DNA of 64,000 nt from Parcubacteria group bacterium (GTDB lineage Bacteria > Patescibacteriota > Minisyncoccia > Moranbacterales > GCA-2747515): positions 4,984 to 68,983 of the forward strand of contig JBAZXC010000006.1 in assembly GCA_041660065.1 (NCBI GenBank), read 5' to 3'. The translations under genes were made by a program, and so were the position numbers. This document shows, piece by piece, positions 57,808 through 64,000 of this stretch; positions within the stretch are counted from its first letter, which is position 1; each line of letters starts with the position of its first letter. Below the pieces are notes generated by a model that had not been told where the DNA came from, ran no database searches, and saw only the letters and a list, made by a program, of their open reading frames with translations.

Positions 57808-58437
57808 TTATTGTGCGTACTGATTATCGAGCTGTTGCAGTGATTCCTTGCTCAAAACGACATACTCCGTATTCAATAATTCATATACATTGAATTTTGT
57901 TGTTTCGATCACATTCGTTTTCGCAATATTGCGCACTGCTTTATAGCTATCACTTTCTCCCTTGCTGAGACCAAAAAGTACGCTTTTATCAATACCGATA
58001 TTCTTTAACATTGTGACAACTTTTTTTGTCTTTGGCTCATCCATTTGCAATGAATCAATAACACGGATCTTTCCCATTTCCGCTTTTTGCGACAGTACGG
58101 TCAACAATGCTTTTTGTTTCATTTTTGCATTGATGCCTTTTGTGTAATTCTTTTCTTTGAGCGGACCAAAAATGATACCGCCTCCACGCCAGATCGGGTT
58201 ACGAATTGATCCTGTGCGCGCATTACCTGTACCCTTTTGCTTCCACGGTTTTTTACCGCCTCCACTCACTTCTGAACGAATCTTTGTATGTGCGCTTCCA
58301 CTGCGACGATTTGCCGCTTGTGCGACATACACCTGATGCACTAAAGCATCATTTTTTGCACAACCAAAGACCTTTTCACTGAGCTCCATATCAGCAATTT
58401 TCTTTCCTTCTAAATTGTATATATCTACTTTTTTCAT
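57808..58437 (-). CDS. rplD: 50S ribosomal protein L4
   Basis: 209 aa; position and L4 blocks. Confidence 0.9.
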   Translation of the reverse strand: MKKVDIYNLEGKKIADMELSEKVFGCAKNDALVHQVYVAQAANRRSGSAHTKIRSEVSGGGKKPWKQKGTGNARTGSIRNPIWRGGGIIFGPLKEKNYTKGINAKMKQKALLTVLSQKAEMGKIRVIDSLQMDEPKTKKVVTMLKNIGIDKSVLFGLSKGESDSYKAVRNIAKTNVIETTKFNVYELLNTEYVVLSKESLQQLDNQYAQ

Positions 58438-58451
58438 AAATAATGGAAAAA

Positions 58452-59021
58452 TTATGCAAGGCTTACAATCTCAACAATTCTACCAGCCACACCCGGCACA
58501 GATCCTCTTACCGCGATCGTATTGGTTGCTGGATCAACATGGACAATGCTGAGATGTTCAGATGTGCTGCGCTGTCCACCCATTCTTCCGGCCATTTTTT
58601 TCCCTTTGCGCACATGCTCAGGAAACGCACTACCAATTGACCCCGCTTGTCGCAATACATGTCGGTGACCGTGTGATTTTGGACCTCCTTTAAACCCATG
58701 TCTTTTTACAACACCCTGAAAACCTTTTGCCTTACTCGGCGCAGAAACACGCACAACATCCCCTACAGAAAAAACGTCCACCGTGATCTCATCTTTTTCT
58801 TTGAAATCCAACACGTTTTCTACGCGAAATTCTTTCTTATACTGAATATTTTTAGTTTTATTGACTGCCAAACGAATTGCATTATATCCATCACGTTCAA
58901 CATTTCTCACCAAATCCACGACATTCGGCTCAACACTGATCAGTGTAACATTTTGCGCCCCATTCTCGTCATAGATGGTAGTCATTCCCGATTTTCTTCC
59001 TAAAGCAAATTTCATAATCAT
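58452..59021 (-). CDS. rplC: 50S ribosomal protein L3
   Basis: KFALGRKSGMTTIYDENG; 189 aa. Confidence 0.9.
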   Translation of the reverse strand: MIMKFALGRKSGMTTIYDENGAQNVTLISVEPNVVDLVRNVERDGYNAIRLAVNKTKNIQYKKEFRVENVLDFKEKDEITVDVFSVGDVVRVSAPSKAKGFQGVVKRHGFKGGPKSHGHRHVLRQAGSIGSAFPEHVRKGKKMAGRMGGQRSTSEHLSIVHVDPATNTIAVRGSVPGVAGRIVEIVSLA

Positions 59022-59295
59022 TATTCTCTAATTCACGAGATTATTTCAATCTCAAATTATTTCTTAAAACAAAAAATGGCCTTTACTGAAGCCAGATTGT
59101 ATTCTTCTACTAATTTTATAGAAAAACTAACCATTTGTCAAGCGCATACTTGTCAAACAGATCATCCAGCTCGATTAGTATCTCTCTCAACGAGAGACTT
59201 AAACGAAACTACTAATTGTAAACCGCACACATCTTTTCCGCAACTGTCACACAATGTGCTACAAATCCGCATGAAATTCCATTCACACAAAAAAC

Positions 59296-59619
59296 CTACA
59301 TCTTAACCTCAATACTTACACCGGCAGGAAGATCGAGATTTGTCAGATCTTCAACAGTCTTTGGTGACGGATTGATGATATCAATGAGTCTCTTATGTGT
59401 ACGCATCTCATATTGCTCTCGCGCATCCTTATGCACAAAAGTAGATTTGTTCACAGTTACCTTTTTAATGTGAGTGGGCAATGGCACCGGACCGGATACT
59501 TGTGACCCTGTCCTGACCGCTGTTTCCACTATTTGTTTCGCAGACTTATCTATTACTTTGCTGTCGTATGCTTTAATTTTGATACGCATACGCACTGCTG
59601 CGTCTTCTTGCTTCGCCAT
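59296..59619 (-). CDS. rpsJ: 30S ribosomal protein S10
   Basis: [24 protein letters not shown]; 107 aa. Confidence 0.9.
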   Translation of the reverse strand: MAKQEDAAVRMRIKIKAYDSKVIDKSAKQIVETAVRTGSQVSGPVPLPTHIKKVTVNKSTFVHKDAREQYEMRTHKRLIDIINPSPKTVEDLTNLDLPAGVSIEVKM

Positions 59620-59723
59620 TGCGAATTATCTCTCATTTACAAATTATATCCCCACGAAATATTCATGAGAAAAGGGAGCGTTGCACGTTCTACCTTGTGC
59701 AACGATCCACTTTTTTCATCAAC

Positions 59724-60914
59724 TTATTTGATGATCTTTGTTACAACACCAGCACCAACTGTTCGTCCACCTTCGCGGATTGCAAATCGCATTCCATCTT
59801 CCATTGCAACCTCCGCACCAAGATTTACAGCCAATGTAACAGTATCTCCAGGCATTACCATTTCCGTGCCTTCCGGAAGGATCACCTCACCAGTCACATC
59901 CGTTGTGCGGATATAGAACTGTGGTTTGTATCCCTTGAAAAACGGCGTATGGCGTCCACCCTCTTCTTTTGTCAAAATATATACTTCACATTCAAACTCC
60001 GTATGAGGCTTGATACTGCCAACCTTTGCCAATACCTGTCCGCGCTCAACATCTTCTTTCTTGGTGCTACGCAACAATACACCTGCATTGTCTCCTGCCT
60101 CACCATGATCAAGTGATTTGTTAAACATTTCGATACCTGTCACAACGGTCTTTTGCGTCGGACGAAGTCCCACGATTTCAACTTCAGCGCCTACATTGAT
60201 CTGTCCGCGTTCGATGCGACCTGTTACTACAGTACCGCGACCTTCAATCGAGAAGATGTCCTCGATCGGCATAAGGAAGTCCTTATCCATATCACGCTCC
60301 GGTTGTGGGATCTTTTCATCAAGTGCAGCAACGAGATCAAGCATTGGTTTTGCAGCCTCATCATCCAAGCTTTTTGATTCAAGTGCTTTGGTCGCACTGC
60401 CGCGAATCACAGCGGCATTGTCTCCGTCAAACTCATACTTCGTCAAAAGTTCACGTACCTCTGCCTCAACAAGCTCAATAAGTTCTGCATCATCCACCAT
60501 GTCAACCTTATTGATAAACACAACGATCTCCGGTACACCAACTTGACGTGCAAGCAAGATGTGTTCACGCGTCTGTGGCATCGGTCCATCTGTCGCACTT
60601 ACCACCAAAATCGCACCGTCCATCTGTGCAGCACCGGTAATCATGTTTTTGATATAATCAGCATGTCCCGGACAATCCACATGAGCATAATGTCGCTTAT
60701 CTGACTCATATTCACAGTGCGCAGTCGCAATCGAGATGCCACGCTCACGCTCTTCCGGCGCCTTATCAATTTCATCTACACCTCTTTCCTTTGCAAAACC
60801 TTTCATCGAAAGCACATGCAAAAGAGCAGCAGTAGTTGTTGTCTTACCATGATCAACGTGACCAATCGTTCCCACATTCACATGTGGTTTGCTTCGATCA
60901 AATACTTCAGCCAT
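59724..60914 (-). CDS. tuf: Elongation factor Tu
   Basis: [21 protein letters not shown]; 396 aa. Confidence 0.97.
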   Translation of the reverse strand: MAEVFDRSKPHVNVGTIGHVDHGKTTTTAALLHVLSMKGFAKERGVDEIDKAPEERERGISIATAHCEYESDKRHYAHVDCPGHADYIKNMITGAAQMDGAILVVSATDGPMPQTREHILLARQVGVPEIVVFINKVDMVDDAELIELVEAEVRELLTKYEFDGDNAAVIRGSATKALESKSLDDEAAKPMLDLVAALDEKIPQPERDMDKDFLMPIEDIFSIEGRGTVVTGRIERGQINVGAEVEIVGLRPTQKTVVTGIEMFNKSLDHGEAGDNAGVLLRSTKKEDVERGQVLAKVGSIKPHTEFECEVYILTKEEGGRHTPFFKGYKPQFYIRTTDVTGEVILPEGTEMVMPGDTVTLAVNLGAEVAMEDGMRFAIREGGRTVGAGVVTKIIK

Positions 60915-61016
60915 AGCTTTTATATTTTGTGCATCATATACGATTAGCCACGCATATGTGCATCTTACTTAATTAATAAATTATAAATTTTTTATAAACA
61001 TAAAAAAACTAACACA

Positions 61017-61045
61017 TATTATAGATAAGAAATATTATCTATGCA
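61017..61045 (-). promoter_or_regulatory. Candidate sigma70 promoter for tuf and the S10 operon
   Basis: Minus strand TTGCAT, 17-nt spacer, TATAAT; ~95 nt upstream of the tuf ATG. A second TTGACA-17-TACAGT lies further upstream. Confidence 0.45.
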
Positions 61046-61167
61046 AGTGCGTTCATCCCATTTCTTGACTCATCATCTCAAAACAGTATAGACACTGTAT
61101 CATCAATCATTTTTCTTGTCAAATGTTTTGACTTTTTCCGCAAAAATCACGACTGAGCAGAACACAA

Positions 61168-61797
61168 TTACTCCAAAATACCGTCCAAATTCACATCGTA
61201 CAGGATCGCATCCTGCACCAAACGATAGTTAATAACCTCATCCTCCGTGAACCATAGAGCAATCTCTCTCTCAGCCTCAGAAGGACTCTCCGAGCAATGC
61301 ACTAAATTACGGACAGCTCTCCCATCAAGTCCCGCCAACGCGTATGAATCGATCGTAAAATCTGCACGGATCGTCCCGATATCGGCAGTCAACGGCTCAG
61401 TACCACCCACAAGTTTTGCCACGACACCCGTTGCCCCATTTCCCTCAACGATCATCGCCAAAACCGGTCCTGATGTCATAAAGCTGATCAGATGTCGCAA
61501 AATGTCTTTTCCATATTCGATAGCCGGCTTTTCTACAGCAATGCCTCGCTCTTCCATTTCACGAACGATATTGCCACCCTTTTTCTCAAACCACACATCG
61601 TCTTTATTATAATGCTTCCACAATGTTTCCTCGTCCAACACCACAAATTTCATCGCAACAAATTTGAGTCCTGTTCTTTCAATTCTCTTAATGATCTCTC
61701 CCATCAAAGATCTCTGAATTGCGTCCGGTTTGAGAATTACCAGTGATCGTTCTTTTATTGCTGGATTTGCCATAAATTTTTTAAAAATATTTATCAT
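61168..61797 (-). CDS. ndk: Nucleoside diphosphate kinase (long form with insertions)
   Basis: ERSLVILKPDAIQRSLMGEII, NLVHCSESPSEAEREIALWF (active-site His); 209 aa. Confidence 0.75.
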   Translation of the reverse strand: MINIFKKFMANPAIKERSLVILKPDAIQRSLMGEIIKRIERTGLKFVAMKFVVLDEETLWKHYNKDDVWFEKKGGNIVREMEERGIAVEKPAIEYGKDILRHLISFMTSGPVLAMIVEGNGATGVVAKLVGGTEPLTADIGTIRADFTIDSYALAGLDGRAVRNLVHCSESPSEAEREIALWFTEDEVINYRLVQDAILYDVNLDGILE

Positions 61798-61886
61798 TTA
61801 CTAAAATTTATTCTATCATACGCATACTTAGCTGGCAACCAATACGTCTAAAATAACTGTTCATGAATGAATACGAAGATACTACT

Positions 61887-62753
61887 TTATTGTTTTTGCA
61901 AAAATAATTGACATGCATGATCGTCGCATCGATATTCGATCGTGCCGTTTTCATCCGTACGATAAATATTTGCATTGCTAGACATGAAACGATCAATGAC
62001 GTCCTTGTGTGGATGCCCATAACGATTATCCTTTCCCACAGAGATTACCACATCACGCGGATGCAGTTTATTTAAGAAAAGTTCACTCGTTGATTTTTGT
62101 GATCCATGATGACTTGCTTTGAGTACTGTGACTTCTGTATCAATGGGGAGTATATCTTCGTATTCGGTTGGCAAATCGCCACCGAGATAGAATTTTTCAC
62201 CACCAATCGTCACGATCATCGCAATGCTCTCATCATTGACATCCTTGCTATATGCATCATTTTGCGCTGTGAAAGGATACACGACTTTTACATTTGCATA
62301 ATCAGCCAGATGCGTCTCAACCCCATTGCGTACAAGAACATCTTCCATACCCTCTTCACGATGTGCCATATGCATCAGTGCCACATACTGTGAGGTGTCC
62401 TTGCCGGCTTCCGTGTGCCAAAACTGATGTACAGTGTAATTTTTGAATATGCTGACCAATCCATCAATGTGATCACTATCTGGATGCGTCGCAACAACGA
62501 TATCGATCGTGCGATCCCAAAACGGCATATGTCTACCGAGCTCCTCTTGCAACACAACACCATCTGCGCCACCATCAATCAAAATCTGGTGTGTGCCTTG
62601 TGCAATAAGAGTTGCATCACCTTGTCCCACATTGAGAAAGACAACCTGTGTGTATTTCAGCTGCATCATGTAGTAGAGAGCTACTACACATATAACGATC
62701 GCCACCGCACCACAACCCAAACTACTATATATGACCATTCTTTTTTGCTTCAT
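61887..62753 (-). CDS. comEC: ComEC/Rec2 C-terminal metallo-beta-lactamase domain protein (separate ORF, overlaps the upstream comEC part by 29 nt)
   Basis: TM anchor then VVFLNVGQGDATLI...ILIDGG...HPDSDHIDGL (MBL H.H.DH motif). Start taken at MKQKRMV (62753). Confidence 0.65.
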   Translation of the reverse strand: MKQKRMVIYSSLGCGAVAIVICVVALYYMMQLKYTQVVFLNVGQGDATLIAQGTHQILIDGGADGVVLQEELGRHMPFWDRTIDIVVATHPDSDHIDGLVSIFKNYTVHQFWHTEAGKDTSQYVALMHMAHREEGMEDVLVRNGVETHLADYANVKVVYPFTAQNDAYSKDVNDESIAMIVTIGGEKFYLGGDLPTEYEDILPIDTEVTVLKASHHGSQKSTSELFLNKLHPRDVVISVGKDNRYGHPHKDVIDRFMSSNANIYRTDENGTIEYRCDDHACQLFLQKQ

Positions 62754-63996
62754 ATTTTTTATGAAAATAAAATAATATACATGCCAAAATGCCATAATAT
62801 ACCCCGACCCACCATACATACACATGTGGCACATCAATCGCACTCCATGAAATGCTCGCACAGTAACGCACGATCATGATCTCATAAGATAAAAGAAAAT
62901 ATGCCACCCAGCCGCAAAACATGGCCACAGGAGGGAAAATATATGAAAAGACGATCAACAAAAAAACCGCCAACATCGTAAAAGGAATGATCGGAAGCAC
63001 GAGAATATTTGCAATAAGAGAAAGCGTTGCCACCGTATGAAAGTGATACATAATGATTGGCACAACAAACACTTGTGCACTGATCGTAAGCGCCGCAATT
63101 TCAAAAATGCCAAATGAGCTCTTGCGTGCAACAAAAAAACTCTCAAAAAACGGGTAGGTAAAAATAATGCCCAATGTTGCCAAAAACGACAGCTGAAATC
63201 CTACATCATACCGCAATAGAAGCGGATTGCACAAAAGCATCAGTGCCGCGACAAAAAATACCGCATTATATGCCTGTGATATTCTGCCAAATGTCGCTGC
63301 AACAAGCACCATAATTCCCATGATTGCCGCACGCACACCGGACGATGGAAATCCGATCAAAAAAACAAATCCGACCACACCGACAATAGCAAGAACAACC
63401 GCCATTTTGCGTCTTGCGCCACAAAAAATCACCATCCCCATTATTGCGCCAATAATGACCGATACATTATATCCCGATACCGCCACAACATGTGTCAAAC
63501 CGGTGCGTGCAAATTGTTTTTGAATCGTGTCTGACAACCGATCATCTCCCCCAAAAAGTAACCCATTCGCCAGCCCCGCCTGCGGTGATGGGATCGATTG
63601 ATCAATGATTTGCTCCATCACATGCCGAAATGTGGCAAAATGCGTCCCTATCGTTTCTCTCCTACCTACAACATCATAAGAATATTCACTGCAAATATAA
63701 TACACGCCATGCATGGCAAGATACATGTGATAATCAAATTCATCAATATTTTCCGGTACAGATGCTATGCATGACAACAAGAGAATATCTCCCTGTGATA
63801 TTTGCGGATATTTTGCATCTTTGATCAAAACTTTTATATCCCCATGTTCAAATTGCGCACGAACTTCCGTATACCATTGCTTTTGCACCAGATCATCACT
63901 GACACGCGCCTCACCAGTGATCATTTGTCCTTCTGCATCACGATACTTCTCTATGGCTGCCATGCGCTCTTGCATAACAAACACACCACCACACAC
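62725..63996 (-). CDS. comEC: ComEC/Rec2 N-terminal part: DUF4131 plus the polytopic competence domain. It may extend beyond the window end.
   Basis: 8 or more TM helices in the C-terminal half; LTHVVAVSGYNVSVI competence-domain motif. The first listed Met is 4 nt from the window end. Confidence 0.6.
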   Translation of the reverse strand: MCGGVFVMQERMAAIEKYRDAEGQMITGEARVSDDLVQKQWYTEVRAQFEHGDIKVLIKDAKYPQISQGDILLLSCIASVPENIDEFDYHMYLAMHGVYYICSEYSYDVVGRRETIGTHFATFRHVMEQIIDQSIPSPQAGLANGLLFGGDDRLSDTIQKQFARTGLTHVVAVSGYNVSVIIGAIMGMVIFCGARRKMAVVLAIVGVVGFVFLIGFPSSGVRAAIMGIMVLVAATFGRISQAYNAVFFVAALMLLCNPLLLRYDVGFQLSFLATLGIIFTYPFFESFFVARKSSFGIFEIAALTISAQVFVVPIIMYHFHTVATLSLIANILVLPIIPFTMLAVFLLIVFSYIFPPVAMFCGWVAYFLLSYEIMIVRYCASISWSAIDVPHVYVWWVGVYYGILACILFYFHKKYEAKKNGHI

Positions 63997-64000
63997 ACCC

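Overview
This 64-kb window looks like a small-genome, AT-leaning bacterium of the Candidate Phyla Radiation (CPR/Patescibacteria) type; no search was possible, so all calls rest on motifs read from the sequence. Most genes are on the minus strand. Layout from low to high coordinates: (1) the 5' ~3.2 kb of a 23S rRNA gene (minus strand) with at least two ORF-bearing insertions, a group I intron at the E. coli 2593-equivalent site encoding an I-CreI-like LAGLIDADG endonuclease (runs off the window start) and a ~278-nt intervening sequence closed by a 15-bp helix at helix 25 carrying a YhbQ-type GIY-YIG ORF. The 23S has its own promoter and no 16S adjacent. (2) pyrE-pyrF plus a small Cys-rich ORF; a ~960-aa cell-surface protein; rpiB, trxB, a glutaredoxin-like gene and tRNA-Arg(UCG). 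(3) A type IV pilus-like locus: pilB, pilC, three (pseudo)pilins, pilM, pilN, pilO, with no secretin, pilT or pilD in the window. (4) groEL with a CIRCE operator but no groES; small secreted Pro/His-rich paralogs plus a lipoprotein; LOR/tubby-like and coiled-coil proteins. (5) A REP-RAYT module: an IS200-like Y1/HUH transposase of the REP-associated type flanked by five GGAGCAGGTT-NNNN-AACCTGCTCC hairpins. (6) ychF, serB, a PMM/PGM-family gene, trpS, and a BNR/Asp-box propeller + FN3 secreted protein. (7) A CIRCE-hrcA-[NUDIX::grpE fusion]-hsp20-dnaK heat-shock operon. (8) yidD, corA, cysS, acpP, ferredoxin, a U32 peptidase and a methyltransferase. (9) The tuf-S10-spc ribosomal cluster ending at L15, with no L30 and no secY; ndk; and a split comEC. 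Observations that need checking: a ~100-nt palindromic repeat element present twice with compensatory stem changes; a perfect GTCGCTCGCGAGCGAC palindrome present twice; tandem in-frame duplications in pyrE and in the surface protein; a 274-nt gap with a candidate promoter between rpsJ and rplC.
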